Below, piece after piece: positions 1 through 12,509 of a stretch of DNA of 64,000 nucleotides. Positions within the stretch are counted from its first letter, which is position 1. Every line of letters starts with the position of its first letter. Location of the stretch: contig NC_091999.1 in the NCBI RefSeq assembly GCF_044704955.1, forward strand, positions 23,870,001-23,934,000, in the 5' to 3' direction. Below the pieces are notes generated by a model, which did not search any database, was not told the origin of the DNA, and was given only the letters and a program-made list of their open reading frames with translations. A program made the position numbers and the translations under genes. The DNA is from Pristiophorus japonicus (lineage: Eukaryota).

Positions 1-76
1 ACGTTGGACATGAAGAACATGAGGAGCGAAGACACCGCCATCTATTACTGTGCAAGGAAGGACTATGGGAGTGGGT
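1..76 (+). pseudogene. IGHV: 3' end of Ig heavy-chain V segment (FR3, YYCAR) fused in frame to a D-like segment (germline-joined VD); V truncated by window edge
   Basis: Frame 1 reads TLDMKNMRSEDTAIYYCAR-KDYGSG. About 19 nt beyond CAR, ending in AGTGGGT (like shark D1 ends), precede the RSS. Confidence 0.85.
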
Positions 77-114
77 CACGGTGCAATACAGAGCGAGCTC
101 TCCATACAAAAACC
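77..114 (+). promoter_or_regulatory. Recombination signal sequence, 22-nt spacer
   Basis: Heptamer CACGGTG 77-83, spacer 84-105, perfect nonamer ACAAAAACC 106-114. Confidence 0.9.
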
Positions 115-204
115 CCAGACAGGGAGTTTGCTCAAACCTGCGACCATTACCACGCCAGGAGCGTCGAAGGAACTGAGGCTTAAATAAAAATAATTAGAAA
201 TAAG

Positions 205-205
<1 letters not shown>

Positions 206-236
<31 letters not shown>
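206..236. repeat. (AT)n microsatellite
   Basis: About 15 TA units between VD and J. Confidence 0.9.
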
Positions 237-239
<3 letters not shown>

Positions 240-445
240 AATGTATAACAGTTTTCTTCTTTATTACTATTGATTGCCATGTTGAACATGCACAGATGCT
301 TCAGAAGTATTCCAATCATTTTTGTAAATATAATGAACGGTACAAAATGAAATATCTCGCTGATTCACTCTTACGATAGTCGGAATCGGGTTTTTAGAGC
401 TGGGTGGAATTTAATCTCTGTATTTTACAGTTAACAGTCCGCCGG

Positions 446-473
446 AGTATTTGACACAACGTGTCTCACTCTG
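446..473 (-). promoter_or_regulatory. Degenerate 12-spacer RSS upstream of JH
   Basis: Nonamer-like AGTATTTGA 446-454 (6/9 to GGTTTTTGT), 12-nt spacer, heptamer CACTCTG 467-473 (consensus CACTGTG; the essential CAC reads CAG on the minus strand). Confidence 0.6.
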
Positions 474-523
474 TTACGCAATTGGCTACTGGGGACAAGG
501 GACCATGGTGACGGTGACTGCAG
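474..523 (+). pseudogene. IGHJ: Ig heavy-chain J segment
   Basis: Reads YAIGYWGQGTMVTVTA followed by splice donor G|GTAAGG at 523/524. Confidence 0.93.
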
Positions 524-570
524 GTAAGGAGCATTCACTGATTCAGTAACACTTGTATTTGTGTCTTTAT

Positions 571-1790
571 TTTATATTTCTGTTTATTTTAATAATTATT
601 TCGTTCACTGAAACTTGGGTCCGGTGGATTTTGTTTTGAGATTTTTTTGCAATTATCAATGTGATTCTGCTGCAAAGTGATTATAAAATTCAACTGTTTC
701 TCCACAGAAAATGTTGCTGATGTGATTTGGTATTTATTTGCTGACGAGACTGTGTGTCGAGGTTACTTTAAATACCTTATGATCATTACACTGTTTGACG
801 TTTCTGCAATGTTTAATCTTGGTGACCTCTGATTGCTGGAGTTTTTCTGATCGAATGCAAACATTGTGTTTGAATGTGTTTAAAAGAACATTGTAGGCAC
901 AAAACAGAAAGCTTAGAGGTCAGTAAATAACCTTAAGGTCATTTAAGTTTTTTCATGAAAATTACATTGTCATCTACTGACCGAATGTTCCCGAATGATC
1001 AGATTCAATACGTGACTTGTAATTAAGAACTGACAAATTAACATATTTCCAGCTGGAACACATTTAAATTAACATTATTATAACGTAGTAATATCACCGA
1101 TTATTATTGAAATACGCTATAATATCAAAATTAATGTATTTAACATGATCCGTCCAATCACAATTCTCTGTCAGTATTTTATATTTCTGTTGAATTCAAT
1201 CTTTCGTTATTTCAGTGTTAGGCGGGTTTGATGATTGTGTAATGAGATTTTTTGCAATGATACATTTGATTCTGCTGAAAGGGTTTATAGAATTACGGAT
1301 CTGCTCCATGAAAGGTTCTGTCGAGGGATTCCGCCCCTCAGCGATGTGATTTAGTGTTGATCTGCTGAGGAGAGTTTGTGCCTGTGTTACTCAGAATACC
1401 TAGAATTTGTGAAACTGTTTGGCGTTTCTACAATGTTTAATATCGGTGACAGCAGCAGGTTTCTGATCGAATCCAAACACGATATGTATTTTGAAACTGT
1501 TTGAAAACAGTCGGTAGGCAAAGAACAGGACGGGTTTAGACATCAGAAATTATTGAAAGGTATTTTAACATCACAATTATTGAAGTGATAATTATATATT
1601 CAACTATTAATCAATGTTGACGATGCTGGTATATTAATATGTGAAATGTAACTAGTTGCCATCTACATAATTAACTTATTCAGGTTGTAGTTGGATTAAA
1701 TTACTATTAACCAACCGATTATAATGCAATAATATCTCTGAATGTTATTCAAATATGCTATAAGTCCAATGTTCATTTACTTAATATTAT
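571..1790 (+). repeat. Old ~600-bp tandem duplication in the J-C intron
   Basis: Shared blocks offset by ~607 nt, e.g. TTTATATTTCTGTT (571/1178), GAGATTTTTTGCAAT..GATTCTGCTG (638/1243), TTTCTGATCGAAT (843/1460). Confidence 0.7.
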
Positions 1791-2599
1791 TCGCCTTCAA
1801 AAATCCTGCTCGACACTGGGCACCATTAAGGCAAGCAGAAACTTTTAGAGGCTGGATACAGTTATTAATTATGCCTGCAATTATTTCATTAACAACATAC
1901 TGATTCCATCGCTGTGTTCAGTTTGAGTCGGGAGTTCAATTACTTGCTACCTCCTGTTTACACAGATGAATGACTGAGTGCAATTAATTATAACTTAAAG
2001 CCGTGTTGCAAATTCCATTTTATCAATTTAATATATCTGCCGGGGTATGACATTCTCACTGTGTAGCAGAAATTTGTTATTGAATCAATATTGTGTGTTG
2101 TTTGATAGAATTATCACTAAGTTAATCTTGAACACTTTGCAAGAACCAAAGCTGAAAGACAGGCGTCGCTGGCAGTCAAAGAATTGTTCATGTAATTATA
2201 TTGAAATTCAAGGCAGGTTCCGACTGCGTATGGCTGGAGACAGCAAATAATCCATTGAAATTCAAGCAGATTAATTTACTTACAAAAGGTTCATCTTATT
2301 TTGAATTTAAAACAAAATTCAACTCCCAAAACGCTGCTGTATGCGGAATAGAACGGTAGACAAAGCACAAATCATATCTGAGAGCTATGTTTAATTCTTA
2401 TTAATATTAAATTGATGAACAATGTCTCTCCTCCATTTGCTCATTCAGTTTCAGTGCCCCAGATGGTCTGAATGAATTGTTATCCTCTAGTTTTACACTG
2501 ACCATTCTGGAAACTATTTTCAAGAAGTAGCAGAATATATTTAATCATTAACTTACGGGCATTTTGTGACTAACTGGAGTATTCAGCCATGAACTCATT

Positions 2600-2665
2600 G
2601 AATGGCGGTGCAGGCGCGAAGGGCCGAATGGCCTACTCCTGCAGCTATTTTCTATGTCTCTATGA
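2600..2665 (+). mobile_element. CR1 LINE 3' terminal fragment
   Basis: GAATGGCGGTGCAGGCGCGAAGGGCCGAATGGCCTACTCCTGC followed by a (TTTCTATG)-like tail. Confidence 0.8.
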
Positions 2666-4189
2666 ACTTTAAAAGATTGTCTGTGTTATTCAGTAGCGGA
2701 GGCTCTGCTACTGACTGCAAACTGCAAGGATGGATTTTAATTAATAAAACCATTTTTGGGGTTTAAGATTGAGGATAATATTTCAGCTCGAGATTCCAGC
2801 ATTAGTAAACAAGCGGTTTACAGCCCATCGGAGTTGTGACCCCGGCTGGACAGAGAACTATTTAAATTAGACCACCCCCAAATCCATCATGTGAAATGTT
2901 CTCTGCGAATAGACGCAGTTTATGCTACATTAGAAACATGCAGAGTTTAAAAAGGTGTCGGTCGAGAGCGGGACATTAGTAGAACTGCCTGATTATTGTC
3001 AATTATTCAAATTTGATTCCATTTAAGTAAAAATAAGGTATATTTCTGAGTAGTTATGTATTAATATGCTGCTTAATATTTTAATATTGATTAATTGTTA
3101 TGGTAAGTTAAGTAAACCATAATATATCACAAGTTATCAGGCAGAAAAGGTTTTAGAATTATTAATAATTACTTGTATTTGTATGGCTGAAATTCAAGCA
3201 CGTTAATTTAATTTCAAAAGTTCCAGGTAGGTATGCTTCTGAGGAGGAAGGGCCAGACTGGCACTCAGATTATTTTCAATATTCAGCTAACATGAACATT
3301 AAATTAGAATGTAACATCAGTGCTAATTCATTAAAACATAAGCGAGCCCTTACAATTGTGTTGCATACTGGTCAGTATTACAATTATTGCAAAATTTCAA
3401 GGGTTGGAGATAATGTTTAATTCATTCATAAATTAATTTAGAAAACAATACATTTATAACTCGGCTGTGCTGAGTTCGACAAGGTGTCGCTGCAGATTTT
3501 AGTGAATTAATTTCCTGTTTTTCCGCGATGATTTTACAGGTTATATTTACTGATGAAAATATATAAAATCAGTGGGTGATTAGGTATCACTGGATATGTC
3601 TCCTGGATTGTGACATTCTTACTCTGTCACCGAGTCCCGTGTGACAGGCAGCAAATTCCCGTGGAATGTGAATTATTTCCAGATACTTGCTTTCAGGGAA
3701 GTTAATTTTTACACGGTTTACCAGATAGTTGACAGAAATGGGGAAATGGCTGGATGTTGAAGAGTCTCTCAAATTAATATCAGATTAATTTCAAAGAATC
3801 TGCAGCGTTGAGGTGGTTGGAAATTGAAAAGAAATAAACTAGAAATCAAACAGCTTCATTGAAATTAACAGATTGAACTGGTCTCTCTCTGCCTGGAGCA
3901 CCCTTGTTGCACCGTTTGTGTCTGTTCTGTTTCTGTGCGCCTGCTCACTGGGTGAGAATCAGGAGTCCTCCTGACGGGTTGTAAACCTTCTGGATTGTGA
4001 TCCTGTATTGCGGGCAGTGTCACTTAATTCAGTTATTTAAGAAACTGGTATATGTGAGAAACGGGAAAGATTGACTTTAAGGTTGAGGAGTCGCTGTAGA
4101 GATGAGATCAGTAATCCAGATTGTGACAGTCAGAAGGAGCAGTTCCGAAACACCACGGGGAGACAGTCGAAGGAGTTTTAATCAGTTTC

Positions 4190-4700
4190 TAACCCGGTTG
4201 TACCTGCCCTGACAGTGTTTGATATGACAGCTTTACTCTGCAACTAACCCGTGCGTTATCTTATCTGCCAATGCTTGATGGGAAATTGCAGAGATAGCTT
4301 TAATCAGTCTTTAACCTTTTCTTTAAAAGGACGTGGAATTTAATTGGGTCCTTCAATATAGAATGATCTTCTATTTAATCAGAGCTTTGGAGGGGTGGTG
4401 CGCTTTAATGGGACAGTGTTTTGGAAGCTTTTCATTGTACTCGTCATAATTGTGCTTAATTAATCGGTCAATTTGATAACGCATTTTATGGGGAGACATT
4501 TCGTAGCACATCTCTGCAGTACTTGAGCTGGGAATGTTTGACGGGATAGTATAGATAATATATTACTCTGTGTGCAACACTTGCTATACCTGTCCTGACC
4601 CACACGGCAGCATAGCGGGAGCTTTGCTCTCTTATCCGTGCTGTATCTGACCTGAGAGTGCTTGGTCAGGCAGTGTTCTCGGCACCGTTATCAGCGTCTA
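4190..4700. repeat. Degenerate ~60-70-bp tandem repeat
   Basis: Recurrent TACCTGCCCTG..GTGTTTGA..GGGACAG..GCTTTACTCTG motifs. Confidence 0.5.
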
Positions 4701-5319
4701 ACAGATAGCAGATAAACTGCTCAATTTTTAATGAGTTATTAATGTTTGAACATTTTGAGCATCAGATTACTAATGAACATGATTGGCCTGATCCTCAGCT
4801 CACTTTCAGAACAAACAGTTTCAGGAAGTGAATAACGCTTCAGAAAGCAGCGCCTGTTCTGATCTGATGGGAGGTTACAAGTTATTTCCACAATTAAAAT
4901 AGAGAATATCGAGACTCCCACTTCAAATAACCATCATGGGGACCTCATGTTTAGAAAAATTATGTTGTCCAAGTCTTCCTGAGAAGGTTAAAGGCAGGGA
5001 CAAACTGTGACGAGATGCAGCTATTGGCCTGGGTCACAACACAAGGCACACAGTCACTGAGCTGCAATACTGTGAAACATTTAAAGAGAGAGAGTCAACC
5101 TGCAATAAGTCATCATTCGCAATGAATTTAAGCCTTTCTAACAGCATGTGATTGACTAATTTGCGTCAGATTTATAAGATCCCTTTATTTTAAATATCCT
5201 CTTTTATTATAACGAACAATAAAAATAGATCTGGTATAGGTGTCCAAAATATGAAGTGTTTCCTTCCATGAAATCTAGAAGAACTATTCCCACTGACTCG
5301 TGTAGACTGATAGCATCTC

Positions 5320-6220
5320 ACAGCATTGGAAGAGGCCATTCAGGCATCGTGCCTGTGCCGGCTCTGAAAGAGCTGTCCAATTTAGTCCAACTCCCCAGAG
5401 TTTAACGTGCAAATGAATCCTCCTGACGTACTGGAGATACTGCCTTGTGCATTCCTGAAATTACCAACCCTCTGTGTGAAAAAAATCACCTTAATTTCAC
5501 CTTCTGATCTTTTCACAATTATTTTAAAACGGCGACATTTGGTTACCCACCTACTTTCCAGCGGAATAATTTCTCCCGACTTAGTATATCAAAACCTTAC
5601 ATAATGTTGAATATCTCTCTTAGGTCTCCTCTTAACCTCTGCTCTAAGGAGAATATTCTAGCTTCTCCAATCTCGCCACACAACTGATGACCCCATCCCT
5701 GGCATCATCCAGGTAAAAGTCTCCCCTCTACGCTCCCCAAGGGCTTGACATCCTTCCTACATTGTGGTGACAAAATTGTACGCAATAGTCCAGCTGAGGC
5801 CTAACACGTGATCTGTAAGCTTAGCATAACCGCCTTGTTTTTGTAGTCAATGCCCCATTTACAAAGTCAAGTATCCCATACGCTTTCCTAACAGCCTTAC
5901 CAGTTTGCCCTGCCCTCTTCAAAGATTTGTGAATATGTACATCCAGATCTCTCTATTCGTGCATCCCCTCAAAACAATACTATTTAGATTATACTGCCTC
6001 TCCAACTTCCACCCAATGTGCATCGCTTCTCAATGATTCGCATTTAATTGCAATTGCCATGTCCCAGCCTATTTCACTGGTCCATCTGTCTTCTCATGGA
6101 GTCTGCTGCTATCATGCTCACTATTGGCTACGTTGCAAGGTTTTGCATCATTTTCGAACATCGAAATTGTATTCCCTGTAACCAAGTCCATGTTATTGTT
6201 ATATAACAAGAACAACAATG
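5320..6220 (-). mobile_element. Old CR1 LINE 3' fragment
   Basis: Degraded antisense CR1 ORF2 C-terminus and 3' end (AGGCCATTCAG.., AAAATTGTACGCAATAGTCCAGCTGAGGCCT). Confidence 0.7.
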
Positions 6221-6977
6221 GGAATTGAAACGGGCCATTTAAGAAGTAAACTTCAAATTAACCGGATTTTGGAATGGTATTTTATTCGGATTATTAATGG
6301 AGTGGCAGGAAGCAGGCTACTCAAGAGACATGCATATAATTGAATGGAATAGTGCTCAGATCACAGTGCGCTGAAGGACATCGCTCTCACTCAAATGCTG
6401 AGAAAATAACGAAGACATTCGTCTCAATCGCGGTTCATTTACAACATGCATCTTAGAAACTAGACTATGGAAATGCTACCTGTTGAATTATGTGGTAGGC
6501 AAGTTTGGAGGGTATTTTGCTAACGTCCTAAGCAGGAATTCCGCTGCTCCTTTGAAGTGCAGTCACTGTTGTTTTGTAGGGATACACCACAGGCAATGTG
6601 CACAGAGCAAATTTCCCCAAACTGCAATTAAATAAAGGACAAGAAATGGTGCTCATTGAGAAATAAATGCAGGCCGAAATAACAGGAACACGTCTCTGTT
6701 CTGCTATTGCACGATCCAATGAAGGCTTCTTTATTGACGAGTTGTGTAAAGGTTATTCTTGTGTAATGTGACAGAGCTCGGTGATAGAGTGGTGCGTTCC
6801 TGACCAGCGCATTGACAGGTGCTTACGATAGAACTGACAGAAGCTCAAATGCCCGTGTAGCCTTTGATGGAGAAATGGTGGAATTAGTTTATTCTGCAGT
6901 CAAATTTCGATTTGTTTATTTCTTTTATAAGCACGGATTACAGAGTCTAACTTGTTCAATGGGCCAATCCTTCCCAG

Positions 6978-7276
6978 TAACACCGTCTCCCCCATCGTCT
7001 GCGCCCTGCTCTCCTCCTGTGAACAGCCCAGCACCGATGGCTCCATCACGTAGGGCTGTTTGGTGATGGACGACTCCCCTGACATCATCAGCCTTTTCTG
7101 GAAGGAAGATAAAGAGCCGACCACGACTGGATTGAAGACCTACCCGTCATTGCTCAAAAAGAATTGAGCCCACACCCTGAGCAGCCAATTAACCATCACC
7201 GAGTCCGAGGTGGGGAGCAGCACAATCTGCTGCGAAGTTCGACGTGGTGGGTCGCTGTGGAACATCACAATATCAG
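6978..7276 (+). pseudogene. IGHM: IgM Cmu1 exon (pseudo)
   Basis: AG acceptor 6976-77. Reads TPSPP/..[55 protein letters not shown], matching shark Cmu1. Early frameshift, TAG 7051-53, TGA 7165-67. Confidence 0.92.
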
Positions 7277-7315
7277 GTTAATGATGTGGGATACAGGGCA
7301 AACTGTGATAAGGTG

Positions 7316-7654
7316 AGAAGTTATGTTCAACTTGTATAGAAACTTGTTTAGACAACACTTAGAGTACTGTGCATAGTTCTGGTCTCCATATAATACTTAG
7401 AATACTGTGCACAGTTCTAGTTTCCTTATCACATTTAGGTTTTAGTTTACAATTCTGGTTTCCATCTCATACTTAGAATACTGTGTAAAGTTCTGTTCTC
7501 CATATCATACTTAGAATAGTATGCACAGCTCTGCTCTCCATATCACACTTAGAATACTGTGCATGGTTCTGGTCCCCATATCGCACTTACAATAATATGC
7601 ACAGTTCTGGTCTGCATATTACACTGAGTATACTGCGCACAATTTTGCTCTCTG
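7316..7654 (+). repeat. 38-bp minisatellite (~8 copies) derived from a CR1 ORF2 fragment
   Basis: Unit ACACTTAGAATACTGTGCACAGTTCTGGTCTCCATATC (HLEYCAQFWSPY), preceded by CR1-like EVM.NLYR..VR sequence. Confidence 0.75.
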
Positions 7655-7769
7655 CAAATGCCAGGTTAGTGTGGATCTGACAGCAAAGAACTTGTTAAAA
7701 TATAAGGAGACTTTGCCTTTCTTAATCATTTATTTTGCAAGCAATGTCAATAAAATGCCTTCTCGTGAA

Positions 7770-8088
7770 CGTCCTGAACGGATCATCGTTCCTCCAATTG
7801 TTCTCCTCTTGCTAAGTTCCACTGAACAAATCATCTGCAGCAGATATGTAAGCGCCATGTGTTCAATCATCGAATTAAGGCCAAAGTCACTGACCGTGAA
7901 TTGGCTGAAGAGTGGACAACTCCTGGATTCGGGCTTCATCACCTCTCCCGCCTTTGAGATGAACGGAAACGTTTTGACGGCCAGTCGTCTGACACTCCCC
8001 GACAGGGAATGGTTCACCGGCTCGGTCTGCACCTGCCAGGTCACTCATGAAGGGGGCACACAAAGCCGTAACTTCAGCAGATCTTAGG
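7770..8088 (+). pseudogene. IGHM: IgM Cmu2 exon (pseudo)
   Basis: IVPPIVLL..CSIIELRPKSLTVNWLKSGQLLDSGFITSP..SRLTLPDREWF..TCQVTHEGGTQSRNF. TAG 8085-87 lies just before donor GTAAG. No clear acceptor, so the start is approximate. Confidence 0.9.
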
Positions 8089-8344
8089 GTAAGAGGCACA
8101 ATCCGGCGAGGTTCCAGACCATTCTGAGCGCTGATCTCAGTCAGAACTTTGATTGAAATTAGTAGAAAGCAGAGGAATATTCCTAATTCCCAATCATGCA
8201 GTTTGTGTATTCTTGTGATAAAATTTTGCCTTGAAACAGCGCCTTCAGCGACCACAGATTGAACCAAAGCGCTTGCCAGGCAATGAATTAAGTTGTGAAA
8301 TGTGGTCACAGTTGTAATGTACTAAGTGCTGTAGTCATTTAGTG

Positions 8345-8650
8345 CTCAACAAGCTCCCACAAACAGCAGTGTGATAACGACCATTTTTTTTGTTTAGTGT
8401 TATTTCTTGAGGGATTAATATTCCCAGGCCACCAGGGAGAACTCCTCTGCTTTTCATTGAAATAATTCCAGGGGAACTTTTACCTCCACCTGAGAGGCTA
8501 GACGGATTCTTGGTTTAACACATGATCCGAAATACGGCACCTCCGACAAAGCACCACGCCCCCAGTACTGCACTGAGAGACTCAGCTTACATATTGTGAT
8601 CAAATATCTGGAGTGGGACTTCAACCCACGATCTTTTGGTTCAGGATTCC
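8345..8650 (-). mobile_element. tRNA-derived Deu-domain SINE (SacSINE1-like)
   Basis: CCACCTGAGAGGCTAGACGG..GGTTTAAC..ATCCGAAA..GGCACCTCCGACA..CAGTACTGCACTG..GGAGTGGGACTTCAACCC (B-box on minus strand). Confidence 0.7.
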
Positions 8651-8839
8651 TCATTGCTCAGGATTTATTAACCTCGCCAAAGAAGCTTTCCCCTTGCTCT
8701 GGTGCCAGGCAGTGAGTGAAGTGTCCTTCGTCTCAGGTATATCCTGAGTTAGCTGATCATATACGGAATGGCAATAGGAGTCTGGAATCCTTCACTGCTG
8801 ACTGTCCAGGAACCCACTGCAAGAATGGGCATCTACCAT

Positions 8840-9352
8840 ATTCAGAGTACTGAGCCCAATTCTGGGCTCCGCACCTGAGGAAGGATATACGTGGAGGTGT
8901 TGAACTGCAGGTTTACCCGAATTATACCGGGGCTAATAATGTAAAATGATCAGGTGGTGAGAATAGAACGTTAAGAGATGGTCCAATTGACGTGTTTAAG
9001 TTGATAAATGGAATTGTATCGAGTAGATATAGAAACATGTATTTAGTTTGATGGGAGAGTCCAGAACAAGTAGCAAAGCCTTAACATTAGAGTTAGGCCG
9101 TGCAGAGGTGATGTCAGAAAGGATTTTCTAACAGGAAGAATATTGCAATTCGGGATTTCCCTCCCCAAAAGCTGCTGACACTTGCTTTCAATTGAAAAGT
9201 TGAAAACTGAAATTGATAGATTTTTGTTCGGCAAGTTTATCATGGGTTACATAACCAAGGCGTGAAGATGGTGTTGAGTGTTGATCAGCCATGATCTAAC
9301 TGGATGGCGGGACAGGATGGATGGGCTGAATGGCCTTCTCCTATTCCTATGT
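8840..9352 (+). mobile_element. Old CR1 LINE 3' fragment
   Basis: ORF2 C-terminal remnants (EY..QFWAPHLRKDI) and 3' end GATCAGCCATGATCT..GGCTGAATGGCCTTCTCCTATTCCTATG. Confidence 0.75.
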
Positions 9353-10060
9353 TGCTATTAATGCCCTGAGGTCATAGTGCTTTCTGAATCTCTCTCACCA
9401 GACATGATAAATGTTCAGTAATTACAGATATTAACAAACTACCTCACATCATTACAAATGATGCCCCACCACAAAAGATTCCTTGCAACTCCATTCTCCG
9501 GACCTTGCACTTCTCCTCTGACGGCGGATGTGACTGGTTCCTGCACATTTTCATCGCAACAAAAATAGCAGCAAAAGACTAGAAACTTAACTTTGTTTCC
9601 TGTTGTCCCATAAATCCTGAAATTAATTTGACACTGGTTTTGAACCAGTGTAATGCTGGTGTAGACCTCTTGAACTTGGGGATATTCGGGCTTCAGCTAT
9701 TATAACCAGTGGAGATGCACTTGGGTGCAAGAATCTATAGACGGGAGTAAAGGAGCAAGGGATTTCAGGAAGAGCGCTATTCAGTGCCTTTAACAACTGC
9801 GTCCCAATGTATTCCCATTTTACGCCAGGTATTTGCTTCACAGGCCATTACAGGTCGCTCTGGCTCAAATACACAGGAAATATTACAGATTCCCCGGAAT
9901 CGTTGCCAATTCATTGTCCTTCCATAACGACGGTGTTCAAGCAATAGCGAGAGGTTGATATCTCAAAAGTGAGTTATTCTCCTTGAAAGAGTTAAGGCTA
10001 ATTATTGGTGTCCTGATTCTGAAGATGCGGCTTTTCCTGACTTTCATTCCTGTTTCGCAG

Positions 10061-10368
10061 TGGATGTCCCATGCAGCGATTAAAAATCACTCTTCGCCCA
10101 CCGTCACTGGAACAGGTTTTACTGGAGGCGACGGTGACCTTAACGTGCGTCGTGTCTAACGCTCCTTATGGGCTCACCGTGACCTGGACACGAAAAAACG
10201 AGTCTTTGAAATCAGAGATTGCCGTCCAACCCGGAGAGGATCCCAACAGTGTGATCAGCAACTAAAACATCTCGACACAAGACTGGCTGAGTGGGAATAA
10301 GTTCTACTGCGTGGTGAGCCATCAGGATATGCCGACTGCTCTCAGAGATTCCATCCACAAGGGAAAGG
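10061..10368 (+). pseudogene. IGHM: IgM Cmu3 exon (pseudo)
   Basis: Acceptor TTTCGCAG. Reads [73 protein letters not shown]. 1-nt frameshift near 10080, TAA 10263-65, donor GTGAG. Confidence 0.93.
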
Positions 10369-11260
10369 GTGAGCGGGGAGATTGTTGCAATAAGTACGAC
10401 ACTGCGACAATTTCGATGCGTGTGCAAGGGCCAATTGATTATATAAAGTGTTTAATGGCTACTCTGATAATTCAGGTTGGTAATTCCACCAACTCAGCAC
10501 TCTGGGACATGACATTATGTATTTTAGGGGAAACTGGATAAGTCCATGAGCGAGAAAGAAATAGAACGGTATATTATTAGGTTTAGATGAAGTGGTCTCG
10601 GAGGAGGCTTGTTTGGATCATAAACACCGGCATAGACCAGTTGGCCAAATCTCCTCGTTCTGTGCATTAAATTCTTTGTCATTTTCCAGTCCAATGCTTC
10701 AATATTTCAGAGAGAAAGATTACGTTCCCTCGGATAAGGGATGGAAAACCAGAGAGGCAACAGAGGGGAAAAGGAAAAGCGTCAAAATTCAACGCGGTGT
10801 CCATTTCTCTCACATCTAACCACCGGAAATTGGCTGAATTTAAATGAGGAAGGCGAGTTGTGGGCGTTGGTCTCACAGGCCACCAGTGAAAACGGGAGGA
10901 TTGGAAGCCGAGTGAGGAGGTCGCGGATCCTGGATCCAGGAGGTAGGTATAAGGGCAATTACCACCTGGGAGCAGCAATCCCCACCTTGCTGTAACTGCT
11001 GAGATTTACACAGTGTTTCAAACCGGACCAACGACTGTTAAACACCAAATGGTGGTTAAAATAGAGGATTCAAGTCTCATTTAAATATATTACTCAAATA
11101 TAATATTACAACTGGAAGTAGGCGAGTTGAGGTAGGGATTCTAATTTTTACCAATTTAACAACCTCCACGCCCAAAACCCGCCTGCTGTATTGGGTTGAA
11201 ATTCCCCCATTGTCTCTGGAACTATCCAGTTCATTGGCCTTTGTTGTTACTGTTCTACAG

Positions 11261-11621
11261 CGAAAGATCCGCGGGAACCAGCCGTGTCTGTCCTCCTGCC
11301 CTCAGCAGAAGTCTCTGCTCAGAGGTTGGTCAGCCTCACCTGCTTAGTGAGAGGTTCTCCCCCCGAGAGATCTTCGTCAAATGGACCGTCAATGACAAGC
11401 CGGTGGATTCCCGCAACTGCAAGAACACCGAGGTGATGGCGGAGAACGGTAGCAGCTCCTTCTTCATGTACAGCCTGCTATCCATTGCAGCCGAGGTATG
11501 GGCCAGCGACGCCTCTCACACCTGTGTGGTGGGACATGAAGCGATCTCCTTGATAATCACCAACAGAACCGTCAATAAATCCAGTGGTAAAGCATTTTCC
11601 TTGTTCTGATGGACACCTTCA
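11261..11621 (+). pseudogene. IGHM: IgM Cmu4 exon with 5' part of secretory tailpiece (pseudo)
   Basis: [82 protein letters not shown], then tail LVLMDTF cut by a CR1. Frameshift near 11353. Confidence 0.93.
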
Positions 11622-12314
11622 TAAGAACATAAGAACATAAGAATTAGGAACAGGAGTAGGCCATCTTGCATCTGGAGCCTGCTCCGCCATTCAACAAGAT
11701 CATGGCTGATCTGGCCGTGGATTCAGCTCCACTTACCCGCCCGCTCCCCATAACTCTTAATTCCCTTATTGGTTAAAAATCTATCTTTCTGTGAATTGAA
11801 TTGATTCAATGAGCTATCCTCAATTCCTCCCCTTTGCAGATAATTCCACCGATTCACAACTCTGTGGGAGAAGAAATTCCTTCTCAACTGAGTTTTAAAT
11901 TGGCTCCCCTGTATTTTGAGGCTGTGCCCTCTAGTTATAGTCTCCCCGAGCAGTGGAAACAACCTCTCTGCTCTATCTTGTCTATGCCTTTCATTGTTTT
12001 AAATGTTTCTATCGATCAACCCTCATCCTTCTGAACTCCAACGAGTAAAGACCCAGTCTACTCAATCTATCATCATAAGGTAACCCTATCATCTCCTGAA
12101 TCAGCCTCGTGAATCGTCTCTGTACCCCCTCCAAAGCTAGTATATCCTTCCTTAAGTAAGGTGACCAAAACTGCACACAGTACTCCAGGTGCGGCCTCAC
12201 CAATACCCTATACAGTTGCAGAAGGACCTCCCTGCTTTTGTACTCCATCTCTCTGGCAATGAATGTCAACATTCCATTCGCCTTCCTGATTACCTGCTGC
12301 ACCTGCAAACTAAC
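11620..12314 (-). mobile_element. CR1 LINE, 3' part (split by Tx1 array)
   Basis: (TTCTTATG)n tail at 11620-11643 and ORF2 C-terminus (QVQQVIRKANGML..HLEYCVQFWSPYL..; TRGHSLK..FFSHRVVN.WN). Confidence 0.95.
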
Positions 12315-12315
12315 A

Positions 12316-12509
12316 TTAATTGCCGGTGCTTTTAGTGTCCCCCTCCCCTTTTATAGGGGGCACTTGGAGAAAAAATATGTTTTTGTGCCCAAAAAAACCC
12401 CCCAAAAAATACCACCAAAAATAAAAGGGCCTGTAAATGTTTGGTATTTCCCCCAGACCGGGGGGGGGGGGGTACGGTTTAATGTTTTTTGTTTACTCCC
12501 AAAAAGAGT
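12316..12509 (+). mobile_element. 5'-truncated Tx1-like element stub (3' UTR only)
   Basis: Matches the 3' UTRs at 17556-17713, 24673-24844 and 31849-32003. Confidence 0.85.

Noticed and set aside
389-427. GGTTTTTAG nonamer-like motif suggesting a separate D segment
   Set aside because: No heptamer at 12 or 22/23 nt spacing.
1-11621. Functional IgM, or an IgW/IgNAR assignment
   Set aside because: The four C exons match the shark mu pattern, and each carries stops or frameshifts.
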